Part shown: positions 1 through 13,600 of the stretch, piece by piece
Layout: the number at the start of each line of letters is the position of its first letter
Numbering within the stretch: position 1 is the first letter of the stretch
NCBI GenBank assembly: GCA_964016885.1
Contig: OZ024740.1
Location: 394,630,001 to 394,694,000, forward strand
DNA length: 64,000 nucleotides
Direction: 5' to 3'
Source: Eledone cirrhosa
Lineage: Eukaryota
Notes under the pieces: model-generated
Database searches by the model: none
Told to the model about the DNA's origin: nothing
Seen by the model: the letters and a program-made list of their open reading frames with translations, nothing else
Made by a program: the position numbers and the translations under genes

Positions 1-48
1 AGCAACAACAAGAACAACAATGCTATTAACGAAAACACAACTTCACAA

Positions 49-1691
49 ATGAATTCCGCAACCACAGATCAAGCAATTGCGAACTACAAAAACAAAAACA
101 ACAATAACAACAACAACGACAACAATGACACCAACAACAACAGCAACAATGATGACAACAACACCAACAGCAGCAACAATAATGACAACAACACCAACAA
201 GAACAATTCCACAAACAAGGAAAAAAAGGGCTCATTTGCACAAACTGTTCAAAATACAGAACTATATACACAGATTGATATCTCTAATGCCGGAGAATTG
301 CTAAGAGATGCCAAGCAATATATAACTTTTGGAGAGAATGGCGCTTTTAGCATCACTTCTCCCCAAGAATTGCGTAGAGACACTGTCCTGAAAACCATAG
401 TTTTTAGGACAATCTCAAATACCACCAGAAAACCAGCTCAATTAACTCAAAACGAAATTGAGCTGATCCTAAGAAACTCCATGAAGGACATTGCCTTCAT
501 ACAAAAGGGAAAACTCTTCGGGAGTTTATCAATAATAGTGAAAGACCAATTAACGGCACAGAAATATTCTGTGTCGCCAATTGTGTCCCCCCTCTACACG
601 TTTTTTCCCTACATACATGGGAAAAAGGACCCCAAAAATAAAAATAACAAACATCACACCAAATGTAAATATCTGGTGGATAATAGCTGGTTTCATCAAT
701 GTTGATGAAGACACGGTAATTTCGGTAGGAAAGTCCTCCAGGAGCATATTCAACGTTACAAACTTAGAAGTTCTGGTCCAAATGAGACCAGAACGGATAG
801 CTAGAATACCACAACGTGTGCCTCTGGATGGAAATTCCTACATAAACATTTCTGTTGAGAGTAGGAGGCCTTCATGTTACCACTGTTTAAGCAGTGGTCA
901 CCTGAGGGCTTCCTGTCGTCAATTAACTGCAGTAAAAAAGGCACTATTGCCGACACCCAACACAACAACACAACCACCACCACCACAACAACAACGCACA
1001 AAAACAAACCAACTGCAAGCACAGTCCCACCCAACCCGTCCCCACCTAAAACACCCACACACATAACAGCTCCTCAAAATGTACCCCTCCCCAACAACAC
1101 GGATGAGGCCTCAACATCGTCACCCAGTGACGATGAAGGAGAGCCTTTCCGACCAGTAAAAAGAAAAAGGAAAAGACATAACACAAACAAAAATGCAACA
1201 AACACACAAACACCAATACAAGCGACGCAAACAGCGCAAACAAAACACCCCCTCCTGAAAACAAAACACCTACTAAAAAACGTAAACACCCACAAGAACC
1301 ACAGAAAAAAGCAACACAACACAACAAAAATGTTACACCGACATAAATACTAACAATAAAACTTTAACAGACACCATATGTAAAAACCCTTCGGTCTCCA
1401 CCGAAGGGAAAACTTTTACACACTCTGCGGAGAATCCTAATCTTAAAATGATTAGGATCTCCATGGACACACATAAACAGTTAAAAGAAAATTTCCTAAC
1501 GACGTAGGTAACTCCTGCGTCAAACCCTATAACCGCGTCCTTATGAAATGTTTCCCCACCCCCACCCCAGACACCCCCATCCCCACCAAACATCTCCGTC
1601 CCCACCTCGCCAGACCACCATCTCACCAAACAAGCCCTCCAACACCCCCATGGAAATTGTGCAGCCTGGTCCCCAGGAGACGAAGAAGTGA
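49..1691 (+). pseudogene. ORF1 (gag-like nucleic-acid-binding protein), frameshifted
   Basis: ORF pieces 49-705, 581-1066 and 874-1353 align with ORF1 of copy B. Poly-Asn N-terminus, CYHCLSSGHLRASC knuckle, KRKRKR motif. Ends MEIVQPGPQETKK-TGA. Confidence 0.85.
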
Positions 1692-1731
1692 GTGATTTCT
1701 TTTCCTCTTCTTTTAACTTTTCAGCACCAAC

Positions 1732-4700
1732 AAGGCCAATATAAGAGTTGGATGTGTGAATGTACGCGGACTGGGGATGCCCTGGAAACAGGGAAAACTC
1801 TTAAACGACCTCAGGTCGCACAGTATGGATGTAGTAGCCATTTGTGAGTCCAGGATCTACAGCGAGCGACAACTGGCATCCATCTTCGACGACTTTGAGA
1901 TCTACACATCTCTCTGTCAGCCGGGTGGTGGAGGTGGGGTTGCCGTTGTGCTGCGGAAACACCTGGACCTTCTAACACAGACAGTACATCTGGACCAGGA
2001 GGGTCGACTGGTGGTCCTAGACGTTGACGGTAGTGAAGGTGGAGCATTGAGGCTGGTGGCCGCATATGCCCCATCCGGGACACCGCGGCCAGACTTCTTC
2101 AAACGTCTAGAGACTTTTCTGGGAACGTCCCGCTCCCTGCTGTTAGTGGGTGACTGGAATGTAATCCTAGATGCACGTTGGGACTTTGTGGGAGCATGTC
2201 CCGATAGAGGGGGGTGAAACAGCCTCAAACACTTAATCGACTGATCTGACCTGGCTGATAGATATCGACTAGATTTTCCGACTGTGCCACTGTGGACATG
2301 GACTAATCACAGTGGAACATCTAGATCATACATAGATAGGGTTCTAGTTAGAAATAAGGATAGGGACATGTTAAGCTGTCCACAACAGTTCATGGCTGCC
2401 TATTCAGATGACAAATTAGTGACCTGCTTAGTCAACCTTGACAAAACCCATAGACAGGGACCCGGCTACTGGAAGCTGAACTTGTCGTTACCGACATGCA
2501 AAGCCTACAGAAGACGGATTAGCACTTTAGTTAAGCAGCACTTGACGGGGGCCATTGTCAACAACAGATGGTGGTATTCTCTCAAGAGGGCAGTTAGATT
2601 AGACTCGATAGGTTTTAGTAAAGAATTAGTGTTAGATAGAAATAAGACTGAAAAGGAACTGGTAGATAAAGTAGAAGAGGCACTTAGGAGTGGCAACGTA
2701 GCCGGCGTGCTAGCGACGAGAACGGCCTTGGACGAGTTCATCGACGCAAAGCATGAAGGCTGCGTTGTCAGAAGCAAAATACGTGCTCTGGGAAACGAGG
2801 GATCCAAAGCTGTTAGCTGGCCCGAGTGACGGAGGCGAAAAGTGGGAACAAGTCAACGATTCGGACTTTGAAGGACCAAGACGGACGCTTGATACGTGAG
2901 CCGAAGCAATGTGCGCGGCCTTTCAGCAGCACTCTGCTCAACTGTTCGCGCAGGGCGGCGCTCCGGGAGGAGCCATGGATTTCGTTTCATACCTCGACGG
3001 CCTACCGCGACTCTCGGACAGCGAGGCGAAGTTCTGCGAAAGGCCGATTTCGGCCGATGAGATAGGGGATGCGCTGAGCCATTGCGGCAAAAGCAAATCT
3101 CCAGGTCTCGACGGTCTACCCTACGAATTTTACGTAGCAATGCCGGACTTGTTCTCCGGACTCCTGGAAGTGGTCTACTGTAACTGGCAGCAGAACGGGA
3201 GAATTCCCAGTTCTGTGACCAAGGGCGTAGTCACGTTAGTCAGGAAGGACGCGAACAAGGGTGATGACATAGGCAACTGCCGGCCCATAACTCTGCTCAA
3301 CACAGAGTTACAGATTTTGGCCAAGGTGTTGGCAAAGAGGCTGGCGCTTGTCGTCGAAAACCTGGTGGGAGAAGCGCAGACATGCGCAATCCCGACCAGG
3401 TCCATACACGACAACCTCCACCCTATGCGATACATCATAGAGAGGGTAGGGTGTAAACCCGGCTTTGGTGGGGCCCTTATCAACTTGGATCACTCTAAGG
3501 CTTTCGATAGGGTTGACCATCGTTACCTGGATGCAGTGCTCGAGGCGGCAGGCATGGGTCTCGTGTTCAGGGGCTGGATTGCTGCAATGCACAACAGCAA
3601 CATCTGATCAAGGGTCAAGGTGAACGGCTACCTCTCGGAGCCGTTAGATATCATGCGATCCATTCGACAGGGATGCCCTCTCTCCTCCCTTCTGTACGTA
3701 CTGACTCTCGAGCCACTACTGCGGAAGTTGGAGCTATTGCAGGGCATCCCTTTGGAACCGGGACTGCGAAAAGCGGCGTCGGCCTACGCCGACGACGTTA
3801 CAGTAATGGTGTCGAGCACCTCGCAAATCGGGGTGATCGGCACCTCACTGGAGGAATACGAAAGGTTCACAGGAGCGAAGCTGAACCGGGACAAATCCGT
3901 CGGTTTGCAACTCGGAACGTGGAGAGGCAAACCGATGATTTCCGATGACGTCGTCGGACGCTGGACAGAAGGACCGGTAAAGCTGCTAGGGGTCTGGTTT
4001 GGTCCTGACCTCCACGTGGAAAAGAACTGGAAGGAGGTGATGGCCAAGGTGTTTGCGCTCACCCAGAAGTGGGCTGAGTGCAAACTATCCTTGAAAGGTC
4101 TAGCGGAGGCGGCGAACACTTTTATAGCGTCCGTCATCTACTACCGCTTGACCGTTGTGCCTTGTCCAGCCAAAACGCTCACCAAAATGGAGCGCGCGCA
4201 CTTCCAATTCCTTTGGAAGAAACGGGCTCCTTTGGTGAAAAGATCCATCTGCTGCCAACACCCTTCAAACGGAGGCCTGGGGATGCCGTGAATGACGATG
4301 CGCAAACACGCGCTTAGGCTGCGGCACCTCCACGTATTCCTCACCAGACAACCGGTGTGGGTCCCGTTCGTGAGGCGAGCCTTCCCACCACTCGTCTCGC
4401 TGACCGAGCTGCAGTCCTGGGTCAAGCTTAGACCGAGGAAAATGGGCGACTGGCATATCGAATATGCTCATGCGCTCACAGTCCTCTGGCAAACGGACCC
4501 GGCGATCAGTGGAGACTCCACTTCGACATTCTATAGAGGGTTGGTCCGCAGCAAGTGCGATGACACGCTGGAAGAAACTCTAGGCGTAGAGGAGGACGAA
4601 CTGGCCAGTCTGTTCGATAGGACCTTCCGCCCGGGACCAATGGTCAACTTCCAAAAGTCCCTGGCCTGGCAGTGCTACCGAGAAGCTCTACCAGTTCGAG

Positions 4701-5100
4701 AGAAGCTCTACAGACACGGGCGCTCGGGTAGGGACCCTTCGAAAAAGATCTGTCCGAGATGCGTGCGGGACGAGGAGACCGTCGCACACGCATTTGTACA
4801 CTGCCCGGGCGTTACCGACCTGTGGGGCTATGTAGAAAGACTATTATCGCGGGTGGGACCAATCCAGTTGACAACCGAGCCCATTGTCATGATCAAGCCG
4901 CCACCCTCCTTCAAAAACGAGGGAGAGGCGGTTTTCCTATGTGTTATGGCTATGGTGAAAGAGGTTATATGGTGGACGAGGTTAAAAGGGCCGAGGTCAG
5001 ACACCTTTCTCTCCGGCGAGAAACTGATTCGTTTTTTCAAATATCATTTGGAAGAAGAATCAGGATGGAGAGAGAGGTGCTGTACCCCAGCAAATTTTAT
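1732..5100 (+). pseudogene. ORF2 APE endonuclease-reverse transcriptase, several stops and frameshifts
   Basis: Motifs NVRGL, GDWN, SYIDR, KSPGLDGLP, RPITLLN, KAFDRVDH, QGCPLS, YADD and CPRC..ETVAHAFVHC spread across consecutive ORFs. Confidence 0.92.
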
Positions 5101-5190
5101 CTTTACCCCTCCTGGGGGTGAAAAACCTGTTTTTTTAAATTTTGTGGCAAAAAAAAATTTCAATCGTCTGACGAAAACACAAATCTGGAC

Positions 5191-6929
5191 ATGGATTCCA
5201 ACAACGGAAAAAAAAAATTTGAAAAATTGCATGACAATATTAATACCACAAACAGAGACACAACAAACACAAAAATAACATTTGAAAACAACATCATAAC
5301 AGAAAGCAAAGCAGACGACAAAGTCAACACCAACAAGATTTCATTTGCACAAACAACAAAGAAATCTTTGACATATATACCTGAAAATATTTCAGATGTG
5401 GCACAAAGAATCACAGACGCCAAACAATATATAACTGAAGGAGAGAATGGTATTTTATCGGTAAAAATGCCTCAAGAACTCACCAAAGACATTGAAAGTC
5501 AAACGGTCGTGTTCCGCACCATCAACAACACTTCTAAAAAACCTGAACAGCCAACTCAAACAGATATCAAAACAGTACTTACAGAAGTACTTAATGAAAC
5601 CACTTTCATAAGAAAAGACAGACTGTATGGAAGCCTAGCGATTATTATGAAGAACGAATCGGCGGCAAAAAAATGTGCTTTGTCACCGATTCGTTCGAAA
5701 AATTTTACCTTTTATCCATCTTATATGGGTAAAAGAACTCAACGCATATGGCTGGATGCAATGATGCCAGATGTGGACTACTGCTGGCTCATAACTGGCT
5801 TCATCGATCCAGCGAATGACAACGTGATTTCCATTGGGAAAACCACAAGCAATGCGTTCAGTGGAACAGGTATAGAGCTTGTAGTGCAAATGAAGCCTGA
5901 ACGCATCGCCCAAATACCCGACAGAATCCTATTAGAGGGCCACGGGTATATAGACATTAGTGTGGAGGGGAGAAGGCCGTCCTGTCATATCTGTGCAGGC
6001 AGAGGGCACCTGAAGGCCGCTTGTCCCCAACTCAACAAAAAGAAAACCCTGCTACCAACACCAGCTCCACCACCACCACCACAACAGATAAACAAACAAC
6101 AAAACTCAGTCCCACCCAACCCGTCCCTCAGTAAAACTACACCACCACCACAACACAAACAGTCACAACACATTACCCCAAAACAAAATACAGGCCCACC
6201 CAACCTCTCACTCAATAAAACAACACAACCACCGCAGCCACAACACACAACACAGTCTAACATAGTGACATTCATCTCCCCCACAAAGAAAACCAACACG
6301 GAAACATTACCAGCAAACATACCTCTTCCCTCCAGCACTGAAGATAACCCAACGAATTCGGAGGAAGAAACGGAGTCCTTCAGACAGATTAAAAGGAAAA
6401 AAAGAAAACATGTGCAAAACACACAAGGCCAAACAACCCCCACCCAAATGTCAACACAATCCAACAAAACACAAAACACTCCTCCAGCAATAAACAAAAC
6501 CAAACCTGCCCCTCCCCTCTTCGAAACACTCACACCATCCGAAAAAAAGACATTACACTATACTTACATCAACAGAAACAATAATAAATTAAATGAACTC
6601 ATAACAATAATCCTTCGGTACAAACCGAAGGTGTAAACTTTGTTTCTTCAGAAAACTACCCACATTTAAAATTAATAAAGATCCCAATGAACCTCTACCA
6701 AAAACTAAAAAAGGATTTTAAGGAGGACGTAGGACCACCCTCTGTCAAACCCATAAACTGCGTCCTACTAAAAAGCTTTCCCCCTCCCCTTCCCCCCCCC
6801 AACACAACTCCAAACACCCCAACCCCACCACACACTGACGACCCCACACCACCACAAGACACCCCTTCACCCAACACCCCCGACCCCATGGAAGTCGTGT
6901 GACCCGAACCCCGGGAAGCAGAAAGGTAG
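5191..6929 (+). pseudogene. ORF1 with CCHC zinc knuckle (open for 481 aa, disrupted near the C-terminus)
   Basis: CHICAGRGHLKAAC knuckle, Pro/Thr/Gln-rich linker, KRKKRK. Continues in 6687-6902 and to TAG at 6927-6929. Confidence 0.85.
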
Positions 6930-6962
6930 GTCTCTACACTCTCCTTTGGCTCTGCCGCCCAC

Positions 6963-9900
6963 ATGGATGTGTTAAGAGTAAGATGTTTGAATGCACGTGG
7001 CCTGGGCTCAACTTGGAAGCAAGCAAAGCTTCTAAATGACCTCAGGTCATGTGGTATAAATGTAATGGTTATCTGTGAGACTCGGATCACAGTCGTGCGG
7101 CAGCTGACCCCTACCTTCGATGACTTTGAGGTGCATGCATCTCTCTGTCAACCTGGAGGTGGGGGTGGGGTTGTTGTACTGCTGCAAAAACACCTGGGTC
7201 TTGCCGTACAGGTTGTTCACTCGGACCCGGGGGGTCGTTTGTTGGTGCTAGAAGTTGGCAGTAATGAAGGTGCGGCCTTGAGACTGGTCGCCGTCTACTC
7301 CCCTTTCGGAGCTGAACGGCCCGACTTCTTCCAGCGTTTGGAGACTTTTCTGGGAACGTCGCGTTCCCTTCTTCTAGCGGGGGATTGGAATGACATCCTA
7401 GATGCACGTTGGGACTATGCAGGAGCATGTCCTAATAGAGGGGTGTAACAGCCTCAAGGGGTTACTCGACCGTTTTAACTTGGTCGATAGATATCGACAA
7501 GATTTTCCAACTGTGCCTACCTGGACTTGGAGAAACCACAGTGGTCAATCTAGATCGTACTTAGATAGATTCTTAGTTAGAAGTAAGGATAGGGACATCT
7601 CCAGAAATGCGCACGGTTGGCTATACGGATCACAAATTAGTGACCTGCGTAGTCAATCTCGAGAAAACACATAAGCAGGGTCCCGGTTACTGGAAACTTA
7701 ATTTGTCTTTACCGGCAAAAGAGACTTACAGAAACCGGATTAGCAGATTAGTTAAGGAGAGGTTGACGGGTGCAATCGTCAACAACCGATGGTGGGCATC
7801 TCTCAAAAGAGAGATTAGAACAGAATCAATAAGTTATAGCAAGATGTTAGCTGCCGATAGGAATAGAAACGAGAAAGAATTAACAGGTAAATTAGAAGAG
7901 GCAATCAAGAGCGAAGATGTGGCCAGAGTGCTGGCATCGAGGACGGCCTTGAACCAGTTTTTCGATGCAAAGCACGAAGGCTGCGTCATTCGAAGTAAAA
8001 TACGTGCTCTAGGTAATGAGGGGGCCAAAGCCGTTGGCTGGGCCCGCGTGACAGAAGCTAAGAGTGGAAATCGATCCACCATCCGGTCGTTGCAAGACGA
8101 GGATGGACGGGTGATCCGGGAGCCTAAGCAGATGTGCGAGGGCTTTCAAAGGCACTTTGCCCGATTATTCGGGGGAGGCGGGGTCCGGGCGGGGACGTGG
8201 ATTTCGGTCCATACCTCGACGGCCTGCCGCGTCTCTCAAGCGAAGAGGCAGAGTCCTGCGAGGGACCAATCTCGGCTGATGAGATCGGAGATGCGCTGAG
8301 CCAATGCAGCAGACGCAAATCTCCAGATCTCGATGGTATACCTTACGAACTTTATTTAGCAATGCCGGTCTTCTTCTCCGAACTCCTCGAAGCGGTCTAC
8401 TGCAATTGGCAGCAGAACGGGAGAATTCCTTGTTCTGTAGCCAAGGGCGTAGTCTCGCTGGTGAGGAAGGACGAGAACAAGGGGGATAGTATAAATAATT
8501 TTCGGCCCATAACCCTGCTAAACACAGAGTTAACGATTTTGGCCAAGGTGTTAGCAAAGAGGTTGGCGCTTGTCGTGGGTAGCCTGGTGGGAGATGCGCA
8601 GACATGTGCTATCCTATCCAGGTCCATTCACGATAACCTCCACCTCATGCGATACATCATAGAGAGGGTTGGCAACAAACCCGGCTTCGGTGGGACCCTG
8701 ATCAACTTGGATCAGTCTAAGGCCTTCGATAGGGTCGACCATGGTTACCTGGATGCGGTGCTAGCGGCGGCTGGATTCGGTCCTGTTTTCAGAGGCTGGA
8801 TCACTGCCTTACTTGCAACCACATCTGTTCTAGGATCAAGGTGAACGGCTACCTTTCGAAGCCGTTCGAAATCACACGATCCATTCGACAGGGGTGCCCT
8901 CTCTCCTCCCTTCTGTACGTATTGACTCTCGAGCCTTTACTGAGGAAGTTAGAGTTGTTGCAGGGTATCCCCCTGGAACCAGGATTGAGCAAAGCGGTGT
9001 CGGCCTACGCCGATGACGTAACAGTAATGGTATCGACCGACTCGGAAATCGAGGCGATCGGTACCTTACTGGAGGATTACGAAAGGTTGTCAGGAGCGAA
9101 ACTGAACCGGGAAAAATCCATCGGGCTGCAACTCGGAACGTGGAGAAGCAGACGCATGCCTCCCGACGGTGTCGTCGGTCACTGGACGGAGGGCCCGGTA
9201 AAGATGCTTGGGGTCTGGTTTGGACCGGACCTCCAGGTGGAAAAGAACTGGGACGAGGTTACGAACAAGGTGTTTGCACTAACCCAGAAATGGGCCAAGT
9301 GTAAGCTGTCCCTAAAAGGCCGGGCGGAGGTGGCGAATATTTACATAGCGTCCGTCACTTACTACCGCCTGACTGTCGTGCCTTGCCCTAAGGAAACACT
9401 CACCACCATGGAACGCATGCTCTTCCAATTTCTTTGGAAGAAGCGCCCTCCTATGGTGAGAAGATCCATCTGCTGCCAACAACCTTCGAAAGGAGTGCTG
9501 GGGATGCCGTGGTTGATGATGCGTAGGCACGCATTAAGGCTACGGCACCTACAGGTATTCCTCACTGGTCAACCGGTGTGGGCTCCGTTCGTGAAACGAG
9601 CCGTCCCGAGACTCGTCTCGCTCACCGAGCTGCAGTCCTGGGTCAAGCAAAGATCCGGAAAACTGGGAGACTGGCACACTGAGTGTGCTCAGGCGCTCAG
9701 GGCTCTCTGGCAAGCGGGCCAGGCCATCGGTGGAGAATCCACCTCATCATTCTATAGAGGGCTGGTGGCTAGCAGGGGCGATGACACCCTTGGAGAGTCG
9801 CTGGACATGGAAGAGGACGAACTGGCCAGCCTGTTCGGTAGGACTTTCGGCCCGGGACCAATGGACAACTTCCAGAAGTCACTAGCCTGGCAGTGCTACC

Positions 9901-10388
9901 TGGGGACTCTACCCGTTTGAGAGAGGCTCTACAGACACGGGCGCCCGGGCAGGGATCCCTCAAAAAAGATTTGCCCTAGATGCGTGCGTCACGAAGAAAC
10001 CGTTGCGCACGCATTGGTGCAATGTCCGGGCGTGGCTGGTCTGTGGGGCTACGCCGAACGACTGCTGTCGCGGGTGGCGCCGATTCAGTTGACCGCCGAG
10101 TCCGTGATGACAATCAAACCGCCTCCCCTCTTCACAAAGGAGGCAAAGGCGGTTTTTCTGTGCGTAATAGCCATGTTGAAAGAGGTTGTTTGGTGGACAC
10201 GATTGAAAGGTCTGAGGTCAGGCAACTTCCTCTCTGGCCATAGTCTGGTCTACTTCTTCCGATATCACTTCGGAAGAAGGATAAGAATGGAGAGAGAGGT
10301 GCTTGGCCACAGGCAGTTTTATGAAAGGTGGGTGCTAGTGGCGAGAATGGCTCGTGTAAATGGGCCTTCTCTGTATACCATCCTGTAG
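6963..10388 (+). pseudogene. ORF2 APE-RT, frameshifted
   Basis: Same motif series as copies A and C in ORFs 6963-7448, 7402-7674, 7607-8299, 8134-8844, 8841-9920 and 9984-10388. Confidence 0.92.
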
Positions 10389-10603
10389 GTAAAGAAGTGA
10401 AGGAGAGGGGAGCACCTTCTCCATGTGCTCCCTGGGCAAAGGATTGCACACTTTTTCGGGGGTGTGTGCAACCCCCATCACGTCCCCTCCCTTTTGAGGT
10501 TATTTTCGATTATTTTCATTTTATACCCTTTTTACTCGATTGTATGTAAACTCCCCCTTTGTATTTGTCCCTTCTTTTTATGCCTTTATGGTAAATAAAG
10601 AAA

Positions 10604-10638
10604 TATATCTATCTATCTATCTATATATCTATCTATCT
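10604..10638. repeat. (TATC)n tract between Tx1 copies B and C
   Basis: TATATCTATCTATCTATCTATATATCTATCTATCT read directly. Confidence 0.9.
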
Positions 10639-13600
10639 AAGTCCCAATGCACTTGTACAAAACACTGAAAATAAATTTCACGGAGGACGTGGGCCCCCCT
10701 GCGCCAAACCAATCAACCGCGTCCTCCTAAAAAATGTCCCCCCCCCCCCCACCCAGACACCCACTCAACGACAAACACCCCAACCCCACAACACACCGAT
10801 GCCCCTTCACTTCCACAAACCACCACCCCACCCAACAACCCATCCCCAACCAGCATGGAAATTGAGCGGCCCGTTTCCCGGGACGCATAGAGGTAAGTGC
10901 CTTTTCTCTTTACCACCAACATGGCTGTGCTAAGAGTAGGGTGTCTAAATGCGCGTGGCCTGGGCTCGTCTTGGAAGCAAGCAATGCTTCTAAATGACCT
11001 CAGGTCACAATCTATAAATGTGATGGTTATCTGCGAGGCCCGGATCAGCAGCATGCGACAGCTAGCCCCCACCTTTGACGACTTTGAGATGCACGCATCT
11101 CTCTGTCAGCCCGGAGGTGGGGGTGGAGTTGTCGTTCTGCTGCAAAAACATATGGGCCTTGCAAAACAGATAGTTCACTTGGACCCAGGGGGTCGACTGG
11201 TGGTGCTGGACCTTGGCAGTGGTGAAGGTAGAGCCTTTAGCCTGATAGCCGCATATGCCCCTTTTGGGATAGAGCGGCCCGACTTTTTCCAGCGTCTGGA
11301 GTCTTTTCTAGGGACGTCCCGTTCCCTGCTTTTAGTGGGGGATTGGAATGGTATCCTGGATGCACGTTGGGACTATGCAGGGGCATGTCCCGATAGAGAG
11401 GGGTGCAACAGCCTCAAGGGGTTACTCGGCCGATTTGACCTGGCCGATAGATTTCGACTAGATTTTCCGACGGTGCCAACCTGGTCTTGGTCAAATCGCA
11501 GCGGATCATCTAGATCGTACCTAGATAGATTTTTAGTTAGAAATAAGGACAGGGACTTTTTAAGCTGTACAGAAATGCTCATGGTTGGCTATTCAGACCA
11601 CAAGTTGGTGACCTGCATGGTCAACCTTGATAGAACGCATAGACAGGGCCCCGGTTACTGGAAGCTCAACTTGTCCTTGCCGGCAAGTAGAGCCTACAGG
11701 AATCGGATTAGTACGTTAGTTAAGGAACGGTTGACTGGAGCGATCGTCAACAGCAGGTGGTGGGTATCTCTAAAGAGAGAGATTAGAGTAGTCTCGATTG
11801 AATTTAGTAAGGTTCTAGCTGCGGATAGGAATAGGAAGGAAAGGGAGCTAATAGATAGAGTAGAAGAGGCAATTAGAAGCGGCGACGTGGCCAGAGTGCT
11901 AGCGTCGAGAACGGCTTTGAGCCAGTTTTTCGACGCGAAGCACGAAGGCTGCGTTGTCCGAAGTAAAATACGTGCTCTAGGGAACGAGGGGACCAAAGCT
12001 GTTAGCTGGGCCCGCGTGACAGAGGCCAACAGTGGAACTAAATCCACCATCCGGTCTTTGCGAGACCTGGATGGACGGGCGATTCTTGAGCCTAAGCAGA
12101 TGTGTGAGGCCTTTCAAAGGCACTTTGCCCAACTGTTCGGGAGGGGCGGGGAGCTGGTTGGGAACGTGGACTTCGGTCCATACCTCGACGGCCTGCCGCG
12201 CCTCTCTGACAGGGAGGCGAAGTCCTGCGAGGAGCCGATTTCGGCCGCTGAGATAGAGGACGTGCTGAGCCAATGCGGCAAACGCAAATCCCCGGGTCTC
12301 GATGGTCTTCCTTACGAATTATATCTAGCTATGCCGGACTTGTTCCCCGATCTCCTCGAGGCGGTCTACTGCAACTGGCAACAGAACGGGAGAATTCCCT
12401 GTACTGTGACCAAGGGCGTAGTCACGCTAGTGAGGAAGGACGAGAACAAGGGGGACGAAATAAGTAACTTCAGGCCCATAACTCTGCTAAATACAGAGTT
12501 ACAGATTTTGGCCAAGGTGCTAGCAAAGAGGTTGGCGCTTGTCGTGGGAAACCTGGTGGGAGATGCGCAGACATGCGCTATCCCGTCCAGGTCCATCCAT
12601 GACAACCTCCACCTCATGCGATACATCATAGAGAGGGTTGGGAACGAACCCGGCTTTGGTGGGGCTCTGATCAACTTGGATCAATATAAGGCGTTCGATA
12701 TGGTCGACCATGGTTACCTGGATGCGGTGCTAGCGGCGGCAGGCTTCGGACCCATTTTCAGGGGCTGGATCACTGCTATGCACAGCAGCCGCATCTGCTC
12801 TAGGGTCAAGGTGAACGGCTACCTCTCGGAGCCGTTCAAAATCGCGCGGTCCATCCGACAAGGGTGCCCTCTCTCCTCCCTTCTGTATGTGTTGACTCTC
12901 GAGCAACTACTGCGGAAGTTGGAGTTGTTGCAGGGCATCCCTTTGGAACCGGGATTGCGGAAAGCGGTGTCAGCCTACGCCGATGATGTGACAGTAATGG
13001 TGTCGACGGCCTCCGAAATCGAGGCGGTCGGCACCTTACTGGAGGAGTACGAAAAGTTCACAGGGGCTAAGCTGAACCGGGACAAGTCGATCGGTTTGCA
13101 ACTCGGCACGTGGAGGGGCAGACCGATGCCCTCCGATGGCGTCGTCGGACGCTGGACGGAGGGCCCGGTGAAGTTGCTCGGGGTCTGGTTCGGACCGGAC
13201 CTCCAGGTGGAGAAAAACTGGGCGGAGGTTACGAACAGGGTGTTTGCACTGACCCAGAAGTGGGCCAGTTGCAAACTATCCCTGAAAGGTCGGGCGGAGG
13301 TGGCGAACACTTATATAGCGTCCGTCATCTACTACCGCCTGACCGTAGTGCCCTGCCCAAGGGAAACCCTCACCAAGATGCAGCGCGCGCTCTTCCAATT
13401 CCTTTGGAAGAGGCGGGCTCCTATGGTGAGGTGATCCATCTGCTGTCAACACCCTTCGAAAGGAGGGCTGGGGATGCCGTGGCTAATGATGCGTAAACAC
13501 GCATTAAGGCTACGGCACCTCTACGTATTCCTCACCGGACAACCGGTGTGGGCCTCGTTTGTGAGACGAACCTTTCCCAGACTCGTCTCACTCACCGAGC

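Larger units (their letters stand above)
1..5100 (+). mobile_element. L1/Tx1-clade non-LTR retrotransposon, copy A (5' end may lie outside window; 3' end missing)
   Basis: ORF1 with CCHC knuckle followed by APE endonuclease, RT and C-terminal Cys/His motif. Homology to copies B and C stops at ...CAGCAAATTTTAT (5100), about 20 codons before the ORF2 stop. Confidence 0.92.
5101..10603 (+). mobile_element. L1/Tx1-clade retrotransposon, copy B, apparently full length (~5.5 kb)
   Basis: Short 5' UTR, ORF1, ORF2, structured 3' UTR, AATAAA at 10594, then (TATC)n. Confidence 0.93.

Noticed and set aside
4292-5278. 328-aa ORF apparently extending ORF2 with a novel C-terminus
   Set aside because: Frameshift near 5050 and read-through across the A/B junction into copy B's UTR and ORF1 in another frame.
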